38,305 bases of DNA from an uncultured virus (IMG/VR IMGVR_UViG_3300029908_000008) (IMGVR_UViG_3300029908_000008), one strand, 5' to 3'; shown: positions 17,555-28,010, counted from the stretch's first letter. Notes: generated by a model from the sequence alone, not told the origin. A program made the numbers and translations.

Positions 17555-19861
17555 TTATATGGTATTATCATCATCACCGTTATAAAATCCAGCATATTGT
17601 GATAGTAATTGTCTGGCCATCTGGTTAATCAAATTGCCAACTTCATTTTCTTTATCTCTAAGTTCTTTGTCTGTAAATCGCAAAATAACCCAGCCTTCCC
17701 CTGCTAAAATTTGGTCCCTATGTTTATCTTTTGCAATAGCCTCTTGATTTCCGTGATAAGTTTCTGAGTCTGCTTCTATACCCAATTTAATTGATGGGAA
17801 AGCCGCATCAATTCTATATTCATCCTTAGGTCCTGCTTCAAACTGGGCATAAAATGGCAATTGGAGGTTTAATTTGAGAATAATATTATATAATTGTTGT
17901 TCTAACTTGGTAAAAAGTTTTGGAGGTGTCATCATATTATTTTGATTTTTATTTTGCGCAGTTCTAGTCATTTTCTTATTATTAATGTGTTCTTGCACTG
18001 CACTTAAATTCATAGGTGTGCCAGATATTGATGATAATTTAATATTATCAAATCCGCCAAAAATTTTAGATAATGTACCAACAAGTCCCCTTCCGTTCAC
18101 TGGAATCATAGAATCAATAAATCTCTCATGATTTTTATTTATAAATGTATCTGGAATATCTATTGTTGTAGAATCTTTTGCATATTGCACCATGTTATGA
18201 ACCAAAGCACTAACAAATTTATAATTGTCATTTTTATTATTACTTGTTGGTGCTATGCCACCAAATCCAGCGCCCAATGGCGGGGTAGGAGCAATTCCGG
18301 CAGGCAATGGAGCGGCGGCTGGAGGAAGGTCAGGTGTTAGTGTAGCCGTTGGTGCTTGAGGCATAAAGGTAGAGGTTTGCTCAAATCTCAACCTTTCAAC
18401 TTCTTGATCAAAATCAATTTCTAAAAATTCATATAAAGTTTCTAAAGAAATCGCGCCAGAAGTTTGAAGTGCTTGTAAAATTTGTAGTTTATTTGATTGA
18501 TCTCTCAGTTCCAGATCTTTCCATTTAACTTTTGGATACACAATCTCTTGTTCACCTGTGCGACCTTCAATAATAAAACCCTGTCGTTCTGCCTCAATTT
18601 TAAATATTTTCTCTTCAATCCACTGAGCAACTTCTAATCTAAATGCCTCAAGTCTTCGGTCCATTGCCAGCAAACTTACATTATTAGCGGTTTGTGGTCC
18701 AGCAAGTCCAGACAATAGATCTTGAGATACCATGAGCCCATCTAAAAGGTCTTTTTCAATAATGTCATGTTCACTACTTAATTGTAAAACCGCCGCTCCT
18801 GCCCCAAACCATGCATAATCAAAAGCATGATGTGTCACGATAGTAAGCAGAGGATCATTTGCCCTCGCGGCTAATTGCTCTTGTACGTTTTGGATATCTT
18901 GTTGATTAGCAGGACGAGCATCATTACCAACCTTTACAACTCTTACAGGCAAAATGTATCTATCGGCAATAATATAATTTGCCTGACGTAATTTATCTTT
19001 ATAAGCAAGAATCGGAAATAATGATCTTACCAAAGACGTACCATAAGGAGACCATGGCGGTGCCGCTCTTTTAAAATGGTTAATAGTAGAGGGTTCCATT
19101 TGAATTGGTTTTTTTGCTCTAATTAATTCCTTCATATGATCAGGAATAGAATTATATACTTCTGCTGGAAATCCAGATTGTACAACTTTCATCATATCGT
19201 CTGTAGGCACAAGAAAATAAGTAGGTTCTTTGCCAAGAAAACTTCCAGAAATTTCTATTGACATTGGGTCTAGTAAAGTTAATGTTTGGTAACTAGAACC
19301 CTCATGTTTACATGGCTCCCCTGTATCTAGATCTATTTGTGAACCGCCACATTTCTCACACACAAATTCTGCATGTACAAACGCATCTCCACGAAGATGG
19401 TATTCATGAGAAATAATTGGTAAAATTTTTGAAAAATTTAATTTCTTACATAATTTATCAAAATAATCTTTTACATAAGTTGAAGAACATTCTAAAGAAA
19501 ATCCAGAAAAAATGAAGTCTCTATAGAAATTAATACCTGCGGCAACTTTAGCATCATTATCATAAAAAAACGAAGCCCATAAATAAACTTCTTTTCTATT
19601 GTTTGGAATTTGAAATGCTTGTACAGTAAGAAATGGAGAGTAAAATGTAGGAGGCGTAGAAATATTGGCGTCCATACTCTGGCCTAGCCTAGTGCCACCC
19701 CCAAACTGTTTCCAAGCATCTCTTTCCATGGCTGTCCCTTGCACTACCATGGATGTGGAATATCTGCCACCGTTTGAGCCTATAGATGTTTTGTTAATTA
19801 CTTCTCTCGCCGCAGTCTTTAGTACATCTTTAAAATTTTGAAGAAAAGGTTGTGGTTGCAT
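17555..19861 (-). CDS. portal protein with C-terminal DUF559/Vsr-like endonuclease domain
   Basis: Portal-like motifs (YHLRGDAFV, LLDP, HFKR...PYGTSLV...VVKVG); C-terminal YRIDAAFP..KLGIEADSETYHG...DKHRD..L..EGWVILRF. Confidence 0.8.
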   Translation of the reverse strand: MQPQPFLQNFKDVLKTAAREVINKTSIGSNGGRYSTSMVVQGTAMERDAWKQFGGGTRLGQSMDANISTPPTFYSPFLTVQAFQIPNNRKEVYLWASFFYDNDAKVAAGINFYRDFIFSGFSLECSSTYVKDYFDKLCKKLNFSKILPIISHEYHLRGDAFVHAEFVCEKCGGSQIDLDTGEPCKHEGSSYQTLTLLDPMSIEISGSFLGKEPTYFLVPTDDMMKVVQSGFPAEVYNSIPDHMKELIRAKKPIQMEPSTINHFKRAAPPWSPYGTSLVRSLFPILAYKDKLRQANYIIADRYILPVRVVKVGNDARPANQQDIQNVQEQLAARANDPLLTIVTHHAFDYAWFGAGAAVLQLSSEHDIIEKDLLDGLMVSQDLLSGLAGPQTANNVSLLAMDRRLEAFRLEVAQWIEEKIFKIEAERQGFIIEGRTGEQEIVYPKVKWKDLELRDQSNKLQILQALQTSGAISLETLYEFLEIDFDQEVERLRFEQTSTFMPQAPTATLTPDLPPAAAPLPAGIAPTPPLGAGFGGIAPTSNNKNDNYKFVSALVHNMVQYAKDSTTIDIPDTFINKNHERFIDSMIPVNGRGLVGTLSKIFGGFDNIKLSSISGTPMNLSAVQEHINNKKMTRTAQNKNQNNMMTPPKLFTKLEQQLYNIILKLNLQLPFYAQFEAGPKDEYRIDAAFPSIKLGIEADSETYHGNQEAIAKDKHRDQILAGEGWVILRFTDKELRDKENEVGNLINQMARQLLSQYAGFYNGDDDNTI

Positions 19862-19932
19862 AATATGTTACTTTATAATAATTCTCGATTTGAATTCAAA
19901 CCGCCTTTTATATTATACATTTTGTGCTATTT

Positions 19933-20226
19933 TTATGAAAAAATACGATCCATTGGCAACATATCTTTATACGCTTGTTGTCCTTTTCCTGAAAAATAAG
20001 CATATTCTCCGCCTTTTAAATACATGTACCCCTTACAATTCTCTGTAGAACCAGCACTTTGAGGCCCGAATTTTTGGTGATACATAATTCTTAATTGGGC
20101 CTCTTTAGGCAATTTTTCAATATATGGGACCAGTTTCAGCATAATTTTATCAGCCATTGAATAATATCCATTGGCATCATATTTTTCTGCTCTTGCAAGC
20201 AATTGTAAAATTGCTTCATTATCCAT
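19933..20226 (-). CDS. hypothetical protein (LDxxG helical motif)
   Basis: 97 aa; AEKYDANGYYSMADKI. Confidence 0.7.
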   Translation of the reverse strand: MDNEAILQLLARAEKYDANGYYSMADKIMLKLVPYIEKLPKEAQLRIMYHQKFGPQSAGSTENCKGYMYLKGGEYAYFSGKGQQAYKDMLPMDRIFS

Positions 20227-20229
20227 ATT

Positions 20230-21720
20230 TTAATTAGATTTAGCAGGCGGTGACTGATTTTTAAGAGGAGTTGTATATCCAGAATGTTGTCTTAATCGCT
20301 CTTCCATAGTTTTCATGTATTCGGAGTCAGGATCATTCTTTCGTCTCTCATTGAGTCTTGTGTTCATCGGGGTAGTTCCGACTGTCTCATTATTGAGCCT
20401 TCGATCTTCAACCATGTCTTCTAAAACAATGTTTGATTCTCCAACATGTTTTTCTGAAATTAGATCTTCCATTGACTTAGCATCTTCATATTTTTCATTA
20501 GTTGATTTGCCAGTATTCATAGACATAGGATTTTCATATCCATAATCATCAAAAAAATCTCTAGCCTGATCTAGTTTATCATTTATAGAGTTCGCCGTAA
20601 TATATTCTGCTAAATTAAATTTCTTCATATTATCACCTGATATGGTTATATTATTATCTTCTGTTTGTGCTGTAATAATCCTTTTTTCAGAATTTTCAGC
20701 ATATTTTCCAGACTGATAAATTGGTTTAGGATTATTTTCATCTGCGGTTTGAGTAGAAAATTTTTGAGTTTTGTCAGGATTGTCAAAATGCGTGTTAAGA
20801 CTCCTATTACTTAAATTAGTTTCTGTAGACTGAGTACGGAGTTCTGTAAATTTATATTTAGTTTCTTGTGATTTATGATTTTTATCATTTTCTCTCATAA
20901 ATTCTAAGGATCTTTCGACTTCATCTCTTCCTGGTCTAGTAATATCATTAAGTAATTTTATGTTTTTATTATCATTAAAACGAGAATTAGACAATCTCGC
21001 TAAAAATGCAGTTTGATTGTCTTGAACTAATTTAGACCAATCTTGATAAGCACAACTTACTGTACCATCTAAAGATTTTCTAGAGTCAATACAATTATTT
21101 ACACATTTGCTAATTTCCATTGGCACTGCGTATCCCAATTGTCTTACGGCTTTAGGACACATTTGAAATGGCTCATTGTTTTGCGTAGATAAAGATGTGT
21201 AGGCAAGTTTAATATTTTGCGTAGGAATTGAATTAGAGAATACAGTTTTTACTAGTCTGGTAGCACTTGGCAAATCAGATCCTTCTAAAATTAAGTTAAT
21301 AACATCATCAGCAATAGAAGAAAAATCTGGTTTCAATTCTGAGAATTTTCTTAAAGCATTTGCGGCCTCGTATCGATGTTCATCAACAGACAAATCTTCA
21401 ATGTCTTGGTCCAAATCTTCTACAAGTATAGCCTCGTTGTCAGACGTATTAGTTGCCTTTTGAAGATTATGATATGCATATCTTAACACGGCAAGCGATT
21501 CTGCTTCGGCCACATCCTCTATTTCATTAATAAATGCCTCTACTAACTCTGAATCATTTTTAATGTCATTCATAGCAAGTCGAATGTTTTTTGTTTCCAA
21601 AGATGAGAAAAACATTCTAACGGCTTCATCAGACATATTGTACTCCGACTCATTCGGCATATCTGCATTATTATTAAAATATTTTTTTAGATCTTCAATT
21701 AAATTTCTAGTATTTTTCAC
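20230..21720 (-). CDS. hypothetical head-cluster protein with Cys cluster and ExxLxxxR repeats
   Basis: 496 aa; CPK...CxxxC...C; repeats SMEDLISEKH, VLEDMVEDRR, TMEERLRQH. Confidence 0.75.
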   Translation of the reverse strand: MKNTRNLIEDLKKYFNNNADMPNESEYNMSDEAVRMFFSSLETKNIRLAMNDIKNDSELVEAFINEIEDVAEAESLAVLRYAYHNLQKATNTSDNEAILVEDLDQDIEDLSVDEHRYEAANALRKFSELKPDFSSIADDVINLILEGSDLPSATRLVKTVFSNSIPTQNIKLAYTSLSTQNNEPFQMCPKAVRQLGYAVPMEISKCVNNCIDSRKSLDGTVSCAYQDWSKLVQDNQTAFLARLSNSRFNDNKNIKLLNDITRPGRDEVERSLEFMRENDKNHKSQETKYKFTELRTQSTETNLSNRSLNTHFDNPDKTQKFSTQTADENNPKPIYQSGKYAENSEKRIITAQTEDNNITISGDNMKKFNLAEYITANSINDKLDQARDFFDDYGYENPMSMNTGKSTNEKYEDAKSMEDLISEKHVGESNIVLEDMVEDRRLNNETVGTTPMNTRLNERRKNDPDSEYMKTMEERLRQHSGYTTPLKNQSPPAKSN

Positions 21721-22565
21721 TCTTTATATCCTCTGTCTTTTAAAACCTTATTTATTACATTAATTTCTTTGGCTGGATTTTCCGGAATAAATGGAGAATC
21801 TTTTTCATTAACATCTGCTTCTACACAATCTTGTAGAAATGCTAACCTCATAAAAAGTTCTGCATTTGATTGAATTTCGTAAGACAATTTATACATTTCT
21901 ATTTCCGCTTTTTCTGCCGTGATAATCTTTTTCATACCCGATACAGCATTTTTTTTATTTCTCCGGCTATAAGTTTTAACAACGTCAACTGCTTTTTCAA
22001 TAATGGAATCGCTCCAATATTTTTGTCTTCGTAAATATCTAACAATTTGTCTTTTACTTAGACCATGATCCAGAAGTTTACCAACTTTACCCATTAAAAC
22101 TCTAAAAGGATTTCCTCTAGTTTTCTTTTTCTTCTTAATAATTTGAGAAGTTCTAATTCCTGGTTCCGAGTCCTCTTTTGTAACCTCTTTAACTTTTTGT
22201 AAATTAGTTAATTCTTCAATTAAATCTTGGGCGACTTCTTGTGGTGTTCTCATTTTTTTATTCAGATGTGGGTTATTACTCACAATATCATTATTATATC
22301 TCAGGGCGTTTACAAGTCCAATTAATTTAGTCGCGATATTTTTATCTTTAACTTTATTAATTGCGATATTTTCAATATGAACATCCAACCCCTTTAGATT
22401 ATTAGACGAGACAATATGTGCTAAATTTTTTATTAATGCGTTTATATCCATACCGTCTTCTTTAGAAGGATCACCACCCATTAAAATACCCTGAACACCC
22501 GCCATATTGGAGGGATTCGAAAGCATAGCAGGCTGTGATTGCTGTTGGTTAAAATTAGGTAACAT
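21717..22565 (-). CDS. hypothetical protein
   Basis: 282 aa; basic KKKKKTRGNPFRVLMGKVGKLLDHG segment. Confidence 0.75.
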   Translation of the reverse strand: MLPNFNQQQSQPAMLSNPSNMAGVQGILMGGDPSKEDGMDINALIKNLAHIVSSNNLKGLDVHIENIAINKVKDKNIATKLIGLVNALRYNNDIVSNNPHLNKKMRTPQEVAQDLIEELTNLQKVKEVTKEDSEPGIRTSQIIKKKKKTRGNPFRVLMGKVGKLLDHGLSKRQIVRYLRRQKYWSDSIIEKAVDVVKTYSRRNKKNAVSGMKKIITAEKAEIEMYKLSYEIQSNAELFMRLAFLQDCVEADVNEKDSPFIPENPAKEINVINKVLKDRGYKE

Positions 22566-22575
22566 TACTTTATTT

Positions 22576-23427
22576 TTATTTTATAATTAAAACATCCATA
22601 TCTAAATCGAAATTATCCCCATAATAATTATCATATGTTTGAGCCATAGGGTTGACTGATCGTTCCCAAATTCTGTGTTGTTCCTCTCTAGAAACACCCT
22701 TCCTTTTAATTGCAGAAGAAGCAATCCGCTTGTTTTCTCGCATTCTTAGTTTTCGCTCTTCCCTTTCATCATCTAAATTAGACCAGGCAATAGTGCTGAA
22801 ATCTCCAGCAACTAATTTTTCTGTTGATGTTCTGAGAATTTTGTTGCCTCTTGATCCATTTTCATTATATTCTTTGCGCTTTTCATTTTCCCACGCATTA
22901 TTGGCATATGATCGGCGAATTTCAGCGGCCTCTTTCATATTTTCCTGAAGAGATATGTCATTTTGAGAATTATGGAATGCTTCTTTAATCTCTTCCATAT
23001 CTGGGTTAAACATTGATGCTCCTCTCAGCATTACCTGCATATATTCCTCTTTAGAAAATGCTTTGAGTTGAGTTTCTAAAGCCCGCGCACTCAACGGTTG
23101 GTCTGAAGCACTCGCAGATCTTCGAATCGCCCTAGGATCTGAAGCGTAAGCAGTGTCTTCATAAGATTCTGCATCCAAATACTGTGATTCGTTATTTGGA
23201 AAATATCGGTCTTTATAAGTTTCCGCTTTTGTTTCTCGTTCCCAAGCATGCGGTTTTTTCTCGGTATCTGCTTTAAATTCATGTGTCTTCTTAGCAATTA
23301 CTTGCTTTCTTTCCACAGCGGTATTACGCAGATGAGCATACTTATCTTCCTGATACTCCCCATCAAGGGCTTTTGATAAATAATCGGCGGTGCCTAGTGT
23401 GTCTTGAACTCTACGAAAATGCGACAT
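22576..23427 (-). CDS. hypothetical protein
   Basis: 283 aa charged ORF. Confidence 0.75.
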   Translation of the reverse strand: MSHFRRVQDTLGTADYLSKALDGEYQEDKYAHLRNTAVERKQVIAKKTHEFKADTEKKPHAWERETKAETYKDRYFPNNESQYLDAESYEDTAYASDPRAIRRSASASDQPLSARALETQLKAFSKEEYMQVMLRGASMFNPDMEEIKEAFHNSQNDISLQENMKEAAEIRRSYANNAWENEKRKEYNENGSRGNKILRTSTEKLVAGDFSTIAWSNLDDEREERKLRMRENKRIASSAIKRKGVSREEQHRIWERSVNPMAQTYDNYYGDNFDLDMDVLIIK

Positions 23428-23441
23428 ATTAATATATAATT

Positions 23442-23470
23442 AAGGGGGAATATTATTTCCCCCTTTTTTT
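23442..23470. terminator. GC hairpin, terminator-like
   Basis: AAGGGGGAA...TTCCCCCTT with a T-run on the + strand side. Confidence 0.55.
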
Positions 23471-23495
23471 AAAAACTCACAATATTAAGTTTTAA

Positions 23496-24788
23496 TTATT
23501 TTTTGCCAATTCGCTTATAGAACTTGCTTGTGAATAGTGATTCAACCCAATCTTTCGCTGGATAGCCGAGTTGATTACTCCAATAATTTTTAAGATAATT
23601 AAGATCTTTTTGACTTAACTCTGAAGTTTTAATCATCGCTGTCACAGCCGCGACTTGTGAGTCGCGTGTCATTTCTTTATTTGAAATAACCTCTAAAATT
23701 GGTTTTAGATGCTCTGTATCTTCAACTTCTGGTGTAATCATACTAATAACATATTCTTTAGGAAAACCATTCTTTACTGCGAGTTTCATAAATGCATCTT
23801 GTTCAGAAAATGACAACTCGCCAACGGGCTTGAAACCAAAATTTTCCTCAGATGATGTTTCTACGACAGATTTATTTTGGTCTTTTTCCATCGCTGTTTT
23901 TATTAGGGCTTCACGAAATGCTTGTCTTTGTTCTAATGTTGAATCATCTTGTGTCTGTTTTTTAGTTACAGATGCTCGTTTTATAACTTCTTGTTCTTGA
24001 ATTTTTTCAATTTGAGAAGCAATTGCTAGTCTTCGTTGATGTCTTGCATCTAGAATTGTTTGTTTTAGTCGATCATCACCAGCCGATTCAGCGGCTAATA
24101 CAGCATCTCCTGAAATTTGGTCTAAACTTGTAAAAGCAATAACAACTTTTTTATTATTATTATTGACACCCGCAGATGCTTTCTTTGGTTTATCTTTCCC
24201 AGCCTGCATTCGTTCTAGAAACTCATTTTTACTAGGTTTACTATCTTTTGATTTACCTTCAGTATGATCTCCACCATCTGACTTTGCGCATTTAGAACCG
24301 CAATATGCTTTTCCATTTGATTTTTTCATTTTGCCATAAGGCATTGTTTTTTTACAATCTTTTGAACTGCATTTTGTAGACTTGGCACATTTAGAACATG
24401 TTTCTTTACCTTTTCTGCCGCAATACTCACATTTTACTTCACCAGCACTCCTCACAGAATACTCACCTGTTGATGCGAGTTTGTCCAAAAAGGCTTGTGC
24501 TTCAGTGATCTCGTCATCGTCAATATCTAGAGGTTCATCTACATCAAAATCTGGATCGCCACCATTGCCTTCAGCATATTCGTCATCAATATAGTGTTCG
24601 CCATCTGAATCTGTTGCCGCTTCAACTTTTACTTTATTACCTTCAAAATTGTCTTCACCATCATAATCACTAGCCAATTTTGTGAGTTTAGTTAATTGCT
24701 CTTCAACCGAAGCCCAATTTATACCATTATACTCTTTCTTACTAGTAGCAATTTTTTTAACTGTATTTGGAAAAATTCTATCTGCCAT
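23496..24788 (-). CDS. probable virion/head protein with Cys-rich Zn-finger segment
   Basis: CEYC..CSKC..C...C..YCGSKC; SD AGGAG. Confidence 0.75.
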   Translation of the reverse strand: MADRIFPNTVKKIATSKKEYNGINWASVEEQLTKLTKLASDYDGEDNFEGNKVKVEAATDSDGEHYIDDEYAEGNGGDPDFDVDEPLDIDDDEITEAQAFLDKLASTGEYSVRSAGEVKCEYCGRKGKETCSKCAKSTKCSSKDCKKTMPYGKMKKSNGKAYCGSKCAKSDGGDHTEGKSKDSKPSKNEFLERMQAGKDKPKKASAGVNNNNKKVVIAFTSLDQISGDAVLAAESAGDDRLKQTILDARHQRRLAIASQIEKIQEQEVIKRASVTKKQTQDDSTLEQRQAFREALIKTAMEKDQNKSVVETSSEENFGFKPVGELSFSEQDAFMKLAVKNGFPKEYVISMITPEVEDTEHLKPILEVISNKEMTRDSQVAAVTAMIKTSELSQKDLNYLKNYWSNQLGYPAKDWVESLFTSKFYKRIGKK

Positions 24789-24821
24789 TTTTATATACTC
24801 CTAAATTATCTTAAATTTTTA

Positions 24822-25268
24822 TTACCTTACTGTTTTATAAACAGTATTAGCGATTTTCTGAAAATCATCATTTCCAGAAAAATTACTCTTATGATTATTA
24901 TTTAAGAACTCTATAAAATTATCCTTTATTATATTTATTTTTTTGAAATTAATTATTTTTTCAAAATTTTCAGAAATAATTTCTACAACATAAGTAGCGG
25001 GTTCTTCACTAGAAACAGGTTTTTCCTGTCCTGCTTTTAATTCTGAAATATTAATAATATTAAAATTATCATCTATAAAAATTACGTTTATATCAAATGC
25101 GACATTTTTATTCCAAAAACTTAAATAATCTGGATATGGAAATTTAAAAAAACAGCATTCGTCTTCATTTAATTTAGATTTATGCATAAGTCCATTTTTC
25201 CTGGACTCAAAATTGTAGCATTTATATTTAATTTTAAAAATTAAATTGTTCCTTGAGAGATCAGCCAT
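24822..25268 (-). CDS. DUF192 family protein
   Basis: RKNGLMHK..L.....FKF.....SFWNKNV.FDI.VIFID...YVVEI. Confidence 0.8.
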   Translation of the reverse strand: MADLSRNNLIFKIKYKCYNFESRKNGLMHKSKLNEDECCFFKFPYPDYLSFWNKNVAFDINVIFIDDNFNIINISELKAGQEKPVSSEEPATYVVEIISENFEKIINFKKINIIKDNFIEFLNNNHKSNFSGNDDFQKIANTVYKTVR

Positions 25269-27379
25269 TTTAAATATACAAGATCAGAAGGATCAATTTT
25301 ATTAGGTTTAACATTAATATGATTACTAAAACTTACAACAGGTTTCGCAGGAGTTTGATTAAAGAATTTATCAGCATGATCTTCTTCACTACTCATGATA
25401 TTGCGCCAATTAATAGGCAATTGTTCGATTCTTAGGCTAGGATTTTCTTTTGCGGCTTTTACGATTTCGTCGTTTCTTTTAGTAATTTCTTGTTTAATAA
25501 TATCTAAAATGTCATTTTTTTGAATGTCAGGAATAAACACGCCTTGGGCTCCTTTTTTATCCCTAACAGCAAAACTCTTAGTTCCGTATGCATAAATTAA
25601 ATCATACACCTGTTCAGCAATTTCGTTCACTTGCTCTGGCGTAAGTTTTTCTTTAATTTTAAATCCCAGAAGATGAATGGCATAGTTTTCTGCCAACTCT
25701 CGGCGCATTAAATCTGCCTTAGTTCTAATATATCTGAAATTTTCTGTATCAATTAACTCTTTGGCAATCATTTCAAAATCTTCAACTAAATTTTGTGGAA
25801 TTGAATAATGCCTAAATTCTTTTCTCAAAAAATCTATAACAATAGTTTCAAATTCAGCACCCCTTGCAACTTTACCGCCTCTCATTGGAGGTACGTAAAC
25901 CGCAGATGCATGTAAGATAGAATTTAAAAATAAGAAATTGAACAAATGATGTCGAATCATTGCGGCTTGCACATGATCCCCGGCTGGTAGTTGTGCTAGT
26001 TTTGCACCTTCTTCAGTAATTTTAGAGTCCAACATTTTCTCAGCATTTTCCCTATCAGTGACCTTACCAATCAAATTTTTTGCCCAGAGCAACCCACTTA
26101 AATATTCTTTATTTAAAACAGTTGCTTTAATGGTTTTTGCATTAGCAAATTGTTCTCCACTGCTAAATCCATGGTGCATCTTTCCAATTCCTGTGACAAT
26201 TCCGTTAACAATTTCTTTATTATTTTTTCTTAATTGTTCACGAGTCTCTTCTGTATTAAGAGATGGCAAAGATGTTGTGTTATCAAATTTAATAATTTCT
26301 GAAACAATTGAATCTAAAATATCAAGTTTGTCTGCACCCATAGCCTGATTCATTTCTAATAATATTCGAGTTATTTGATAACCCTTTTGGTCTTGTTTAA
26401 TATTAGGATTTGTAACTGAATTATGAAATCTTCGTGCCCAAGATTCTAACTTAGTAAATACTTGTCTTACACGCTCTTTAACCAAAGCAGTTGCTTCCTC
26501 AACTTGTGGACCGGAATATTCAGAAATCATTTCTCCAAAAATAGCATGAAAAATTTCTTCTTTTTCTTTAGTTCCTAGAGTTGGCCAATTTGCACTAAAT
26601 TTCTTTAAATCGTCATATGTAACCCAACCTGTATATTGTGACTCTATTGCACTGACTTGAGTTCCTTCAAGACCCCTAGTGTCTTGAATATCACTAATCA
26701 TATTGTTGCGTTTTAAAATTTTGTGAAAATTGTTAAAAAAGTCGCTTTGCATTCCGCCAAAAATGAAAACACTAACAAACTGTTTAATATCAACTAATGG
26801 TTTATAGGCACTAAATTTATTTATGGCTTGCTTTAAAGATTTTTCTTCTGGTGAAAATTTAATAAATTCATTACTTTTAGGAGATGTGCGGAAAGACCCA
26901 GATTTAATTGTTTTGAATAAATTTAGATACTTATTTTCAATTGTTTCCAAAGATTCTCTGGCGAATTCTCTCACTTGACTGTATGACCTAGGATTACCTA
27001 AAACACCCAGTGCTGTTTGTGTGATAACAGGCAAATATTCTTCATGACTGACGTAATCTGTAAAGCAATGCTCAATGTATGTAATTAATCCTGATAACTG
27101 TGGGTCTTTCGCACGATCATGAAGGACTTTAATGGACTCGTGAAGGTCTTCTGGCAAATCTTTAAACAATTTAACAACTAATTCATTTACTTCTGGCGTA
27201 AGAATTTTTCGGTCAGTTTTGACAAACGTTTGACTTTGGCTTGTTACAGTTTTACTTCTGTCTGCATAAGCATTAGTGTGATGAACCAATTTGTGAAAAA
27301 ATGTTTCACAAGGTCTTGCTTTATTAGCGAAACTGAACATAGATTGCGTTGTATTATTAATTGAATTTCTTATTACCAT
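25241..27379 (-). CDS. large hypothetical protein
   Basis: 712 aa helical ORF. Confidence 0.8.
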   Translation of the reverse strand: MVIRNSINNTTQSMFSFANKARPCETFFHKLVHHTNAYADRSKTVTSQSQTFVKTDRKILTPEVNELVVKLFKDLPEDLHESIKVLHDRAKDPQLSGLITYIEHCFTDYVSHEEYLPVITQTALGVLGNPRSYSQVREFARESLETIENKYLNLFKTIKSGSFRTSPKSNEFIKFSPEEKSLKQAINKFSAYKPLVDIKQFVSVFIFGGMQSDFFNNFHKILKRNNMISDIQDTRGLEGTQVSAIESQYTGWVTYDDLKKFSANWPTLGTKEKEEIFHAIFGEMISEYSGPQVEEATALVKERVRQVFTKLESWARRFHNSVTNPNIKQDQKGYQITRILLEMNQAMGADKLDILDSIVSEIIKFDNTTSLPSLNTEETREQLRKNNKEIVNGIVTGIGKMHHGFSSGEQFANAKTIKATVLNKEYLSGLLWAKNLIGKVTDRENAEKMLDSKITEEGAKLAQLPAGDHVQAAMIRHHLFNFLFLNSILHASAVYVPPMRGGKVARGAEFETIVIDFLRKEFRHYSIPQNLVEDFEMIAKELIDTENFRYIRTKADLMRRELAENYAIHLLGFKIKEKLTPEQVNEIAEQVYDLIYAYGTKSFAVRDKKGAQGVFIPDIQKNDILDIIKQEITKRNDEIVKAAKENPSLRIEQLPINWRNIMSSEEDHADKFFNQTPAKPVVSFSNHINVKPNKIDPSDLVYLKWLISQGTI

Positions 27380-28007
27380 TATTAATTCCTATTTTATTTG
27401 CCAAATTTTCAGTACTTTTTAATATTTTCTCAGATAAATCAAAATGACCTTCATCGTCCAATGTTTCGGAAACTTGTATTAATTGTTTGAGATTATCAAG
27501 AATTTCATTTTTAACACTATACTCTTCAAATTGTTCACTGACAAAACTCGGAAATTCTTTGTTTTCTTTAAAATATTGAGTCTCTTTTTCTGTGCAATAT
27601 TTTAACTGTGCATCAGTCCAGTTATTTATAACAATAAATTTATATTTATCTAGTGCAGATTTTAGTACTATGGGACAATTTGGCATATATGTTTTATAAA
27701 AACTTAAAATATAATCTAGTAATGAATCATTTGATAATTTTAAGTGTTCAATCATTGCTATTCTTAGTCCATATGCTATTGTTTGGACCCATAAATGCAT
27801 TTTAGAACTTGTGATAGATGTAAAATCACAATAATTATCAGCATTCTTTAATGTGATATTTTTTTTATCACCATAATATTCAAAAAAGAATTTTAAGAAT
27901 TTTTTTAAATTACCCTCTACTTTTAAAGACGGTGGCAGTCTAAAATGCTTGTCTTTTATCGCGCATTCTATAATGAGTGCGGACATTTCATCTAAATTTA
28001 ATTTCAT
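27357..28007 (-). CDS. hypothetical protein (C-terminal LDxxG motif)
   Basis: 216 aa; VSETLDDEGHFDLSEKI. Confidence 0.75.
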   Translation of the reverse strand: MKLNLDEMSALIIECAIKDKHFRLPPSLKVEGNLKKFLKFFFEYYGDKKNITLKNADNYCDFTSITSSKMHLWVQTIAYGLRIAMIEHLKLSNDSLLDYILSFYKTYMPNCPIVLKSALDKYKFIVINNWTDAQLKYCTEKETQYFKENKEFPSFVSEQFEEYSVKNEILDNLKQLIQVSETLDDEGHFDLSEKILKSTENLANKIGINNGNKKFN

Positions 28008-28010
28008 ATA

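Noticed and set aside
25820..25880. RGAEFETIVIDFL resembling the first helix of a PD-(D/E)XK nuclease in the 712-aa protein
   Set aside because: No convincing downstream PD...(D/E)xK motif was found by eye.
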